From contig NC_043004.1 of the NCBI RefSeq assembly GCF_006345805.1, positions 59,520,001 through 59,584,000 of the forward strand: a DNA stretch of 64,000 bases. The letters are read 5' to 3'. Both the position numbers and the translations under genes were made by a program. Of the stretch, positions 12,239-25,929 are shown in pieces. Each line of letters begins with the position of its first letter. Within the stretch, counting starts at the first letter, position 1. Source of the DNA: Octopus sinensis (lineage: Eukaryota). The notes under the pieces are model-generated. The model was given only the letters and a program-made list of their open reading frames with translations. It was not told the origin of the DNA and made no database searches.

Positions 12239-12940
12239 AACTTATGTGGGTAGCGTATTACTACCTATAAGCAGTCATCATCATCACCGAGCAGCGCAGA
12301 CGCAGCGATCACGTGTTATGCGTTACAGATGCCATGAAGTCTTTCCACATATTCAACGTCGTGAGAATTTCTTTGTATATTCCAGTACGAATATAAGTAC
12401 GTATAGCGCATGTCACACTGACATCTATTCACAGTTCCCTCTATGATTTAACATACGAATTACAGATAATAACACACCTGTGCTTACATATAATTTTATT
12501 TCTCACTCGGTTATTTTTTTTTATTTCTGTAGCTTCTCCTTATCATATTGTGTGTTTATACATGGTGTGGGGGTGGGTGCATGTGTGTGTGTATGTGTGT
12601 GTGCGTGTGTGTGTCTGTGTGTGTGTGTGTGTTTGTGTGAATGTAGCCATGTCTTCTAGTTTTAATTATTTCAAGTCTTCTTGTAATGTCGGGAAAGGTT
12701 TCTAACAATGATACAAAGCTTCATCTTCGGAATTTCGGAACGCAGATAAGAAAATGAAGGCCGTATGTTGAACAAGAGAATAGTGTTATATACATTTTTG
12801 TCTATTGAGCTTATAGATTGTTTTTCGTACTGTGCGTCTTAGCTGGTTAATTTCCGTTTCTGAAAATCATAGCTTATCCAGTAATGCAATAGTACTGGTC
12901 CAGGAAGAGTAACTTATACTCAAAATAAAATATATATGAA

Positions 12941-13019
<79 letters not shown>

Positions 13020-13632
13020 ATATATATGTAATATATGACTTCTTTGCGCGCTTGCAAATATTTTATTAAGAACTCTCAGAATACCGCTATTTTTTATAGA
13101 GATACACAACGGCAATCTATTTAAGATCCTATCTCATTCTCTAAGTGTGTTTTTACTCTCTCAGCAAAAATCTTATGTAGCAAGACCCCAGATTTCATGC
13201 ACGTGTTGATCCCAATTTCACAGCCGGATCACGCTATGATCGCCTTTGGAAACCTTTATACTCCAATCTTCTAATCCACTACATTGTTTTGACATTTACA
13301 ATATTCAGATTCTTTTTCATCACAACTAGCTTGCGAGGTAACCGACTGTAGTAAGTTTCCTTTTCTTATATTTATTCAGTTCACACTTGGTCTATCCAAA
13401 ATTATCCGTCGTTATCTATCTATTGGAACTGCATGTACAAGTTTGAAACCTAGCTTCGGTGCGATATTCTGACGGTAAAGAGCAACTCTCATTATATCAA
13501 CTAATCATTCCTCCTTCTTGTATCTCACATCTGCAGCCTACGAAATATTGGCAAATGAATACTTCTTCGCCATCTCCAGAGAATAGCTCAGGAGCAATGC
13601 TTCTCTGAATCTCATATCCTCGGAGAGTTACT

Positions 13633-13849
13633 ATTTCTTTACTACACACAAGGGGCTAAACACAGAAGGGACAAACGGATGAAGTCGATTATATCGACCC
13701 CAGTGCGTAACTGGTACTTATTTAATCGACCCCGAAAGGATGAAAAGCAAAGTCGACCTCGGCGGAATTTGAACTCAGAACGTAACCGCAGACGAAATAC
13801 TGCTAAGCATTTCGCCCGGCGTGCTAACGATTCTACCAGCTCGCCGCCT
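13633..13849 (-). mobile_element. SINE family A with 18-bp target-site duplication
   Basis: TSD TATCCTCGGAGAGTTACT at 13615-13632 and 13850-13867. Confidence 0.92.
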
Positions 13850-13989
13850 TATCCTCGGAGAGTTACTGTTATGTCACTCTACAATGGTATATTGCATTGA
13901 TACCTATCGAAATTGGTAGAAATATTTATAACTTCATAGTTTAACGTTAAATAAAGCAATGAGTAATTCAATTCAACTTGCTAAGATTA

Positions 13990-14063
13990 TTTTCTGACTA
14001 TGAATACGGTTACACATGCTTTTATTGCTTCCGGCTTGCGTTATTTTATGATACGCATGCAGC

Positions 14064-14097
<34 letters not shown>

Positions 14098-14285
14098 TGT
14101 ATGTATGTTATGTATGTATGTATGTATGTATGTATGTATGTATGTATGTATGCATGTATGTGTGTATGTATATATGTATGTATATATGTATGTATGTATA
14201 AACGTATGTATGTATTATATATGTTACGTATGCATATTAATAGATTTGTATATACAAATTATGTCAATGTCAATGTATATACATA

Positions 14286-14331
<46 letters not shown>

Positions 14332-14530
14332 GTATCTATATAAGTATCCATCTATCTATAATGTATACTCACACATATATATTCACTCACACCCACACAC
14401 ACAGAGACAAATATACATCGTATATGTGTCCGGATGTTTTATTATCGTCTGTTGCGTTTTGTTCTATTTTGGGGGCTTTTCATATATATATATATATATA
14501 TAATATAATATATATATATATATATATATA
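13990..14530. repeat. (TATG)n and (TA)n microsatellites
   Basis: Direct reading. Confidence 0.9.
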
Positions 14531-15356
14531 TACACAATATTGAACACTTTTTCTAACCCTATGACTCTTTTACTCTTCTTTTACTCTCCCTCATACTCTC
14601 ATATTTCCTCTATTCTTTTTCTCGATCCCCCTCTCTCATATTTATTGGCCTTCTCTTTCTTTAATTTATACCTCACTTCCTCGTTTATGTCCATGGTAAA
14701 TTTCTTTGTCCCTTTAATTTCTTCTCGTTCTCGCCTTCCCTTAATCTTTCAATCCCTTTGTCTCCTACATATCTCCTCTTCCACGTGACCGGCGTTCGGC
14801 CAGGCATGATCTTTCTTTCTTGGCTTGACTCCCAGCCACGAAGCATCTCTCATATTCCTTTCTCTTGACTTTCATCTCTTATGTTCCTGCCTCAAGGCTT
14901 TCACTCTATATACGCCAGCTCAACTTGATTCATCTTTATAAGTCGGAAGAAAGCTGTTGTTATTTTCTTGTTTGTATTTGTAAGTGTGTAACATACTCTC
15001 CGTTTTTTCCCTTTGTTGTCGTACAAATTCGCTTGCTTTCTCCCCCAAAATTTATTGGCCTTAGCTTAGATTTGTTGTGGGGAGGGCAACCAGATCTGAA
15101 CAGTTTCAAGTGTAACTGCCCGAAACTGTAAGGATAATTTTGTAACTTGACTGATGGTAATAACTAGCGAATGACCCATCCCTGTTTTTTCTGTTGTCTT
15201 TTTATTTCTTTTCCTGTCCGTCTTCATATTGTCTATCTGTTCGAATGATTTAATGTCGTCTGATGCGCTTTTGTTCTAATTTTTGGATTTACAAACACAC
15301 ACACACATACACACACACACACAACACACACACATACACACACACATACATACATA

Positions 15357-15393
<37 letters not shown>

Positions 15394-15949
15394 TTTAAAA
15401 GGTTCTTGATGAGAAATCGTGTGTTGAAACATACTATTGTTATACTTAAGGATGGTCATGTTTTGCCAATTCAACACCTCCTACATATTTGGTCTTCATT
15501 TGAGCTTTATTATTATTATCGTTATTTTGGTTTCTTTATCAAACCTCTTACCTGTGACCTTTTCAGGGGATCATTATCTGACATGCCTCCCCTTATTCTA
15601 CTTTTTTCCATTTCGTCGCTGTGTGGTGAAAATGTATAACTGTATCTGCGTTTGCGTCTGTGTGTGGTAATTATTTAGTATGTTTATCTAGTGTACGTGT
15701 CGAAGTGTTTTATTATGTTTGTCTTTTATGCGTGTATATGGGCTTGAGTATTAGTTTGTACAAGTTTCTTTTATTTATTTTATTTTCTTCTTTCTCATTG
15801 AATCATTATTATGTGTGACTCTTCTGTGCTTGTATATATGTTTATGTATTACGTTGTTGGTATCTGATTCACTTTTATTCTTCTCATTCTGTCTTTAGTC
15901 ATCAGGTTGCGTATTGTGGTGGAGTGTGGTGTCTTATTATTCCACTCAT

Positions 15950-16272
15950 GTTTTCTGTTGTGGCTCGGTCTACCTACAACTCTGTGTGGCCTACATAATC
16001 TCTCGGTATGTCGATTCTGTTCTATGTGTCAATAATATCTTAACACATACGTTATTAACCAAGCCTCCATGTTCTAATTGAACATGCTGGTAGAGCACTG
16101 ACGAGCTATTGTCCACCTTGAATTCCCGCCAGTGATCACTTATCCGCTCACCTATGCTACGTGCTATCTCCTCAATGTATGTTGTTGTCCCCTTTCTACA
16201 TTGAGTGATACATGCCTCTAATCCCAGTCCACCTGATACTACGAAGAAAGACGGCAAATTCCTATTAGCCAT
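15950..16272 (-). pseudogene. Decayed GIY-YIG endonuclease domain of a Penelope-like retroelement
   Basis: ITQCRKGTTTYIEEIARSIGERISDHW...SSVLYQHVQLEH...VKIL...YREIM*A matches the CxxC..YIGET.RSL.ERI.EH...H...H...R...E pattern of PLE GIY-YIG domains; contains stops and frameshifts. Confidence 0.7.
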
Positions 16273-17814
16273 AGCTACTTAACGTTTAAAAAAATGTAAT
16301 TTTGCTAAAAGCCGTGTAACTTTACAAGATATAAATATCTAATCAAGTTCTGTTCTAGAAAGCAATACCCGGGAAAGAACTGTGAAAAATTACAACCCTT
16401 CCTCCCATTTTGAGGCTAACAGTATACGTAGACACGTAAACGAATGACCATTAATCTATCTTGTGACACGGAAGCAAGTATATATGTGTCATAAATCGTC
16501 TTTATGAAACCAAACTATAATATCCTGCGTAAAGTTACATTTAAGAAATGAAACTTCAACTATACTTCCTCCTTGTAAAATATGAAAATGAAGACTACAT
16601 TAAATCTATACAATTTAAGAAAAACGAACAGCAATTTTTCATCTAATATTAAAAATTTGAATTTTTGTCCAAAATAGCACAAAATCTCTGACATGTGATG
16701 TTTCGTGCCTTCTAATTTAAAGAGAAAACTGGGTGGAATCGCAATTCTTACTTATGTACTATAAATGGAAGTCGCGACATTAATCAACTTGCTACCACTA
16801 TCAGCCAGCGCCACTCGAAGGTACATCCGACCTAAAAAAAAAATGTACGCCAAGAACATACCACGAGAACTTAGTTACTGTCATCACATATTGTCATAGC
16901 TCTCGATCAGGAATAACTTGGCTCAAAACAGAATCGACAACTCCAATCTTTTATAAATTAAAATCTTTGAAAGAATTTTCCTTAGTATATAAATTAACAA
17001 TCTTACCCCAGCCTATTTCATAACTTGTTGCCATGGATGTAATTAGAGTCGAGCAGAAAATTGTATAAATCTTACACAACGCTTTTATATAAATATAATT
17101 ACGAAGGCATTGAAACGCGCGTCGACTACAATTAAAACAACATAAACGACCAGCAGCAGCAACAACAGCAATAGAAATACTAATGATAAAAGTACGGGTG
17201 AATCCAATCAAAGGAATCAAATTCTGGTTTCGCTGAAATAATTGCCAGTTGAAGATTAAATTTGTGTTTCCAAGTTAATTACTTTTAAATGCAATGTAAA
17301 ATAAGATGTAAAATATAAATAGGTAGAGACTGATATATAGAAATAAAGAAAATTAAACCGAATATAAATGGAACTAGTCGTTCAACTCAAAACAAAACAT
17401 TATTCAGAGGTTTTCGAAGTGGCTTCTGAGTATAACGCAGAGCTCAGTGTCAAAATCCTGGACTATCGTAAGAAGAAGGTAATTTTAGAGAATATTACTT
17501 AATTCAAAATTGTTTTTATAAAATGAAATTGCTTTTACCATTTCAAATTAGTCTTACGATGTAGTCTATGTGAATGAATAATTTTCCTTTCTAAATTAAT
17601 ATTTATTTCCTTTAATGTCATGTAAAAATTAAGATAGCTCAGTTTCTCCATTATACATAGTTATAGTTTCCATGATTTTTGGAAAATTATATAAATTTGT
17701 TATTTTATTTATTTTACTTTATTTCAAAGACAATAAATAATTGCAACACAAATTTAATCTTCAATTGACAATTGCTATTATAAAATAAGAATCCATTTGT
17801 GTAACTATTAAGGC

Positions 17815-17867
<53 letters not shown>

Positions 17868-20128
17868 GCAGGCATTTGCGAAAAACGGAAGCGATAATAT
17901 CGTGTTGAGACAGAAGGTTTCAAAAATGCATAGAAGCACCGACGTTGGTTCATGAATACAGGTTTATGCTCTGAAGAAATGCTTGTATCTAAATGGTAAA
18001 AATATCCTTCTTCAGTAGCATAGAGCTTCCTGGAAAAATATTAAACAGTGGTTGGTGTTGTGTAGCTAAAACACGGTGGGGCGGATCTGAGAACTGATAC
18101 ATGCCAAGTGTGCCGTTCGAATTGCTTTTCGACATACAGAGAACAGAAAGTCTTATTATGTATTGCATAATAAAGCAATCGTTTCAAGACCGTACAATGT
18201 AAATTCATCGATATTTAGATGTCACGGTTAGCATATAAAACAACCGTATTGTTTGCTTGAAATGTAACAGCCGTATTAAAGCTCATTGCTAACTAAACTT
18301 TATATTAAAATGTAAGGTCATGACAATACAGAAATTAGTTATAAAGCCAATAAAGATACACAATGATACGTTTTGCTGATTATGTTTAAAGGTGTCTCAA
18401 TCAGAAAATTATAAGGAAAAGGTTTATGCTAATAACATATGCACACTCGAAGCAATATTAACTTGAAACAGCCATCTGTGTATTATACAGAATCTGTATA
18501 CGTTGTCGATTGGCCACTTATTGCGGAACTTTTCTTGAGATATTATCTCTTATGAATTCTTTGTGTTAAAAATTCAGAGACGAAAATTTGTCACAGCTGA
18601 GCAGCTGTTCGTACCGTCAGTGAGTGTTTAATTGGCTGCTTCAGAGTTTCCGTGTAACAAACTATAATCACAAGACATTAATAAACCTGAGGTTATAATT
18701 AAGAAAATATATGCCTCGGGGACAAGATAGATTATGTATCAAACACGTACATGTGAAGCGATCTTTTTAAATGTCAGTCCATGCCTGCCAGAGGTTTTAA
18801 ATAATGACAATTTTAGTCGACTAAATGATTACAAACTTTGATAACAACCAAGAATATAGCTGTAAACATTGGAAAAAAGAGAAAGATATATTTCCTTGTG
18901 ATTTCAATACGATTTACTTCATTGTGTGAGAATGTGTGCGTATTTCTATGATTATGCTTATGTTTATTTTGTAAAGTACATTATTATTCACTTCTATGTA
19001 TGTGTAATGTATGAACCAACGTCTGTGATTAACGATACACTCCTCTTCTTCTCTTATATGAACTTCAAAAGATTATTATCAAAAATCAATTGATTAATTT
19101 GATTATAAAAGACGCCATTGCATTTTTCTGCTATCAACCCAGACGTATAATCATTTAATCATTAGTTAGTGTCTGGTACGTTCACTAGAGTAATGGAATT
19201 TTAAAATTAAACGAAACTATATGAGAATATGTATTTAAAATTAAAAAATCATGACTTTTTCTGTAAAAATCCAAGTATAAATATATAATTCAAACTTAGT
19301 CCAGTTATTTATACCTTACTGTCATTAACTTGGTAAGTTTAATCAGTAAAACTATATACAGTTTTACTTAAAATGGTGAGTGACTGCTTTTGTTGAGGGA
19401 TTCAAAAATCACTTCTAATCAATAAAAATTATACAAAAAAGGGAAAGAAGAAAATTACATTTGATTTAATGAAAGTTATTAAAATTATGCAAGGGCTATA
19501 ACTCAGAAATCAAAGCTGATTAAATATTGATTAGCCTTATAGACTGGAGCCCAGTTACATTGTGGTACCCTCAATGAAATAGTATTGTTTCTGTCAAGGA
19601 AGCGTCACATTCAACACTTAGAAGTAAAGTTTTAAAATGATTTTGAATTCATCCAGTGACAATTATCTTGAGTATAATAAGTTTCAGGAAATGATATTCT
19701 AGCTGCTTCTGATAATGCTTAATTCAAACAAATTTGAAAATTTGTATGGAAACAAATACAGAGACACACACACACACAGAGGCACACATATACACACACA
19801 CATAAACACAAATACACATATAAATACTCAAACATAAACAAACATACATAAAGATATAGTAGGTCTTCTGGACATTGCTATATCGGGCCTGAACATGCAT
19901 AAAGCCGGAGACTCGTTCTCTAGATTGGAACAATATTTGCAGGGTAACTGATTTACAGGGGGGTGGAATGGAGCAACATGAAATGGAGTGCTTCCCTCAA
20001 CAACACATTACACCACCGGTTCTGTGAATTGAAACCGCGATCGTACGTGTATGTTATATGTATATATATATGGCTACGTATATGCATATCTATATCTATC
20101 TATCTATCTATCTAGCTATCTATCTATC

Positions 20129-20193
<65 letters not shown>

Positions 20194-20200
20194 TGGTGTA

Positions 20201-20508
20201 GTGACCCCCTTTCGGTCGACACTGACCATGGGTTTGCACCTAGAGAGTTACCCTCTGAGGCACAAGTCTGGGCAAGGTTGTTTTATGGAAAACCAGCAGT
20301 CGCCCATGCATACCGGCCTCCCCTCTCCACGTCACCGATGTTGTCCAAGGGAAAGGCAAGGGCCGATACAGCTTGGCACCTGTGACGTCGCAACTTATTT
20401 CTACAGCTGAGTAACTGGAGCAACGTGAAATAAAGTGTCTTGCTCAAGAACACAACACGCAGCCCGGTCCGGGATTCGAGCTCACAACCTCACGATCGTA
20501 AGCTCGAC
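20201..20508 (-). mobile_element. tRNA-derived SINE, 5'-truncated, family C-like body with a different tail
   Basis: Minus strand GAGCTCGAATCCCGG (B-box-like) then GTGTTCTTGAGCAAGACACTTTATTTCACGTTGCTCCAG shared with family C. Confidence 0.75.
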
Positions 20509-21131
20509 ATATATATATATATATATAGATAGATAGATATAGATATATGAGTATGAATTGTGCCTTTATTAAGATATGTGTGCAGGCATGGATGTGACCG
20601 TGATTTTACGTATAAATAGCGTTTGTGTGTTTGCGTTCATGTCTAAACTGGCGCTGTCTGTTCACGATCGGGAAAATATCCTCATACGTACACTTAAGCA
20701 TATACATGCATATTTATAAGAACTATATAACCATTCATTTGAAGTATTAGCAATAATTAAGAAGTAAACGTTTAATACAGGAAGAAAGTTAAAATATATT
20801 TATGGCCATTGTATAGGAAGGTAATCGGAGATATGTATTTCGCTATATGTTCTTCAACATCATGCGCCGGGCGTTATTGCCAATATTCCATTTATGATGA
20901 TAGAGTCCAGTTTAAATAACACGAGTCTAATATACCCTGGTTTTGAAAATATGAACTGCATCAGATTTCACAAACTCAGAGAAGTATTTTCAGATTGTTG
21001 CTGTCAATTTATATGTGTGCGTGTGTATGTGTGTGATCTGAGTGTTTGTGTGTGTGTATAGTACATAATATACACACACACACATAGACATACACACACA
21101 TACATATCTCTCTCTCTCTCTCTCTCTCTCT

Positions 21132-21184
<53 letters not shown>

Positions 21185-21316
21185 TATATATAGATATATA
21201 TATATATATATATATATACCGGAGTAAACACATAAATGTGTAACAAGGTGGAAAAAGAGTACTCAAATACCAGTGGTAGAGTAATATGCTTTATTTTAAG
21301 CAGCAGAAAATTCAAC

Positions 21317-21366
21317 CAAAATCTGTTACTCTGAGTTTCTCGTTGCCGTTCATCGGACAGTTTTTG
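21317..21366 (-). ncRNA. Minimal type I hammerhead (U4C variant), left arm
   Basis: Exact reverse complement of the right-arm motif. Confidence 0.65.
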
Positions 21367-21377
21367 CTAGATTCTAG

Positions 21378-21427
21378 CAAAAACTGTCCGATGAACGGCA
21401 ACGAGAAACTCAGAGTAACAGATTTTG
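21378..21427 (+). ncRNA. Minimal type I hammerhead (U4C variant), right arm
   Basis: CAAAAACUGU-CCGAUGA-ACG-GCAA-CGA-GAAA-CUC-A-GAG-UA-ACAGAUUUUG. 10-bp stem I with one mismatch, 2-bp stem II with a GNRA loop, near-palindromic ACUC-A-GAGU stem III, GUA triplet. Confidence 0.65.
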
Positions 21428-21832
21428 TTGAATTTTCTGCTGCTTAATAAAGTAATATATAATATATATTATATATATTATAATATATATATATAAACGT
21501 AAACATAAACAAAGGTGCACGTGTGCGTAAATGCACGAATATACATTTTAGGAATCCTTAAAATGTTGGATTATTATAACGCTCACTTCGGTATATTGTA
21601 TATTTAGTAAAACCAGTAAAGGCACTACTATGTCTGACCGCCTGCTACGTACTTATTCTTTTTTTGTCCGCAAGCGACCAACAAAGTGGGGACGATACAG
21701 AACATTATATGTGGGGACATTATATGTGGGGCCGAAAACATGAAACAATCAAATGCCAGATGTATGATTAATAAATGAAAGATAAAATGATGGTCATATA
21801 TATATATTATATATATATATTATATATATATA

Positions 21833-21900
<68 letters not shown>

Positions 21901-21902
<2 letters not shown>

Positions 21903-22285
21903 CGCAGGAGTGGCTGTGTGGTAAGTGCTTGTTTACCAGCCACATGGTTCCGGGTTCAGTACCACTGCGTGCCACATTGGGCAAGTGTCTTCTACTATAG
22001 CCTCGGGCCGACAAAGCCCTTGTGAGTGGATTGGGAGACGAAACTGAAAGAAGCCCGTCGTATATATGTATAATATATATATGCGTGTGCGTGTTTGGTG
22101 AGTGTGTTTGTCTCCCTAGCTTGACAACCGATGCTGGTGTGTTTATGTCCCCGTTACTTAGCGGTTCGGGAAAGAGACCGATGAATAAGTACTGGGCTTA
22201 CAAAAGAATAAGTCCGGGGTCGAGTTTGCTCGATTTAAGGCGGTGCTCCAGCATGGCCGCAGTCAAATGACTGAAACAAGTAATA
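21901..22285 (+). mobile_element. SINE family B
   Basis: Full head-to-tail match to 7891-8288. Confidence 0.9.
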
Positions 22286-22286
22286 G

Positions 22287-22318
<32 letters not shown>

Positions 22319-22454
22319 ATGTATATATATATATATAATATAATAGTATTATTATTATATATATATATATATATATATTATTATTATAAATATATTATAT
22401 ATATAAATATATATATATATTATATATATATATATATATATTATATATGATATA

Positions 22455-22498
<44 letters not shown>

Positions 22499-22694
22499 TT
22501 ATATATATATAATAAATATAATAATAATAATATTTAGGTTACTGACAAGCAGTACCGGCATGCTAAAATATAGCAGTCAAAATGACCAAATCACAAATTT
22601 TCACTTAACTCAAGGGTGAAAGCAGCCAAATGAATAAAAATCCTAAAATCCCGAAACACTGGCCAAAATGATCAAAAATTGAAAAAGCCAGACA

Positions 22695-22754
22695 TACCCC
22701 TGTCACTGTGATTTCGAACTTTGAGAAAACCTCTTACTTCGTCTTCAGCGAGTC
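22695..22754 (-). ncRNA. Possible decayed hammerhead
   Basis: Minus strand reads ACUCG-CUGAAGA-26 nt-GAAA-UCAC-A-GUGA-C-A-GGGGU. Palindromic stem III, but U16.1 is C and the first stem I pair is G.G. Confidence 0.3.
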
Positions 22755-23599
22755 TTACTGACCCTAGGCTTACAGCGATTATTCATTTCACCAATGGATA
22801 CCCTCAATGTTTTTAATGCAGCAGCATTCTAAAATTCGCCTTGGCATTAAAAACAATAAGCGTACATATTGGTGAGATGAATAAAGTCTCTAGCTCTGGA
22901 GTCGCTAAAGATGAAATAAGAGTGTTTCTCAAAGTTCGAAATCACGTTTGTACGGGTTTGTCTGGTACCCTTTATTATTAATTGATAAGTTTTTACCGTT
23001 GTGGTTTTATTAAGCATACTAAGCGACTGGTATTATAAACGATAATATCTCCTTTATATATGTGTTTTTGTGCATGTGCGCATGCGCGTATGTATGGGTG
23101 TGTGCGTGGATGCATGACTATGTATTCAATATTACCTGTCTAATGACGTCATAACGTGGTATCAAAGCAAATCACATGAGGACATGCCAGTGTACAGTTC
23201 CTGCTAGATGATATTTATTTACGTAATTATTTATAAAACAATGTATGTTATACTATGATATGATTACTGCAGCAACTAGCATCTGTTACCACTGCATAGA
23301 AATAATTGTTTTGCATGAAAGCATGTTCATTAATTTTTCTTGGTTTAACAATATATATAAATACATACATATATATATATATATATTGTAATAATAACTA
23401 TAATATTTGGATGGAATGTATAAATATTTTATGCATTAAATTTTTAATAAATTCCATGTAAGGATTATTGTAATTATTACTATATTTATCCTACATTACA
23501 TCGGTAAAGCCCGATGCAACCCAAAACGACTGGTTCACCAGCCTGCATAATCAGGCTGTGGTTGGCGTAATGGAATAGGAGTTTATTACGATATTCAAA

Positions 23600-23664
23600 A
23601 TATCAACAAATTGAGAAGATATATATATATATATATATAAATAAATATAATATATATATATATA

Positions 23665-23710
<46 letters not shown>

Positions 23711-23874
23711 GTATATATATATATATATATTATATATAATATATATAATAATATATATATATATATATATATATACATGAATGTATTATGTATATGAATA
23801 ATAAATATATATGCGTGTGTATATGTATATATATGCATGTATATATATATATACGTGTGTGTATGTACATGTAT

Positions 23875-23905
<31 letters not shown>

Positions 23906-23950
23906 CTGTATATATATATGTAATATATATATGATATATATATGTATATA

Positions 23951-23997
<47 letters not shown>

Positions 23998-24122
23998 TAG
24001 TATATGTATACATATATATGTATATATATGTATATATGTACGTATATATATATATATATATGTGTGTGTATGTATATATATATATATATATAATATATTA
24101 TATATATAATATATATATATAA
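23600..24122. repeat. (TA)n/(TATG) microsatellite
   Basis: Direct reading. Confidence 0.95.
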
Positions 24123-24515
24123 CACCTATAACGACCCTGAAAAATCGCGAATATACAAAGAAAAATTCGAATTTTGCTCTTCTGTTTCGTCTTCGGAAAC
24201 TAAGAAGGAAGAGAATATTCGAAATGTATACTGAAGTCTATTTAGTAATTTTGTCTGTATTACCCCTTGAAGTCATTTGATAATAGCATTGCAGGACTTG
24301 ACAAGATTCACCATATGTTTTATTTAATTGTTTATAGAGGGACCGTTATTATTGTCTCGCTTCAGAGTTTTATACGTCATTTGTGAATGGTGTAGCCCTG
24401 CGAAAACTACAATAAATTAGAATCTGCTACATCCCTAAAACAGGAGCACTGTTAACACACATTTCAGGATGAATGTAGTACATGTGGATATGTAGGTTTT
24501 ATATAGGTATTTTTA

Positions 24516-24564
<49 letters not shown>

Positions 24565-25312
24565 GTATTATATATATAACGGTGTATTCACTATTTTACA
24601 TCAAGCCATCAATCTGGTGTACATATACATATACACGTATACACATACATACATATATATATTACACAACACTACCCCACTGAATGTGGCCAATTTTCAA
24701 AACGCCGCTGGGTTGAAAATGAAATTACTGCAATGATTAACGCTTGGTTCATCCATCACACGAAGCTAATGTTTACAGTAAAATAACTGGGGATTTAAAA
24801 AAAAATCCTTTCACATCTGTAAAACAGATAAAAATAAAATAAAAGAAATGTTAGGATATTCCCTATTTTTCACGCGCACATGGCTACACTAAACCATTCT
24901 TGCCAACGAATCCAGTATACCAAATGACCAAATTCCAACAGGTCAGGGGTCATTTCAACAGCAACAATCAACTGACCTACTTCCATTGACACAGCACCTG
25001 ATGAACCAAGTCAAGTTTCACCTTCGCTACAGCAACAAAAACAACAACAACAACAACACTCTAATACTACCACTAGTCAAGTTTCCATGCTGCTACAAAA
25101 AAAAACTCTCCACTACTACTACTACTGCCACAATAGGAAAATCACTACTACATCCACGAAAAACTGCCATTACTACTCTCAAGGCAGCTGCAGATTTGAC
25201 CACATCCTGGCAAGCCAGAACCCACCATCACAAAATCAACAAGCTGCTTCTAACACTACTGCTACTACTACTGCCAGAATAGAAAAACTACTACTACAAC
25301 CAAAATAAAAAC

Positions 25313-25645
25313 CCCTGCCGTTACTATTCTATAGGCAATTGTAGATTTGGCCCCAGCGCACAAACAAAAAAAAACAATGGACGCTTTTCTTTTCCCATCC
25401 GACCTTATGTCGTAGACTTGTTATGGGCACCTGTCCATACGGGATAACAGGAAAAATTGCCGCCCCCACCTCCACCCCAAATACTGTCCTAAATACAGAA
25501 TCTATGGTCTGATCCTAAATACGGATGCATAAAAGGCAATGGATGCCCTTATTCCATCCTAAACTGTGCCAAACTTCTGTCTCACAAAGGATGTGCCTGA
25601 ACCCAGAATGCAACCAACACCACCATCTGAAGGGCACAAAACGAC
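25313..25645 (+). pseudogene. LINE ORF1 remnant with tandem CCCH-like zinc fingers
   Basis: Frameshift-joined translation PCRYYSIGNCRFG...SHPTLCRRLVMGTCPYGITGKNC..HLHPKYCPKYRIYG...GCIKGNGCP.FHPKLCQTSVSQRMCLNPECNQHHHLKGTKR. Confidence 0.65.
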
Positions 25646-25929
25646 CACAGAATAAATATAAACAGGAACAGGGGAAATCTAGGACAACAACAAGAACAAA
25701 TACAACCAAGTTTCCCCTCCTACAATCAACAACGTAGACAGAACCATGAAAAAACACCAATAACGCCAACATAAAATATGTATCCTCTGACCAAGTGGCA
25801 AACCAAACAAGTAACTCTTTTTTACTGACATACCTAGAAAATATGAAGGCCGACCTAAGCCAGGAGATCCAGCGAGCTATCACCAACCATCTACGCAAAT
25901 CACAAGGACCACTCACCCATTACCAACTT

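Larger units (their letters stand above)
21289..21452. repeat. Near-perfect inverted repeat, arms about 80 bp, 1-nt spacer
   Basis: Arms 21289-21371 and 21373-21452 are reverse complements apart from two small indels; centre GCTAGA-T-TCTAGC. Confidence 0.95.

Noticed and set aside
13130-13614. Minus-strand protein-like fragments possibly from a LINE C-terminus
   Set aside because: No diagnostic motif; several stops.
15090-15180. ACAGTTTC/GAAACTGT hairpin and CTGATGG near the PLE remnant
   Set aside because: Could not assemble a consistent hammerhead on either strand.
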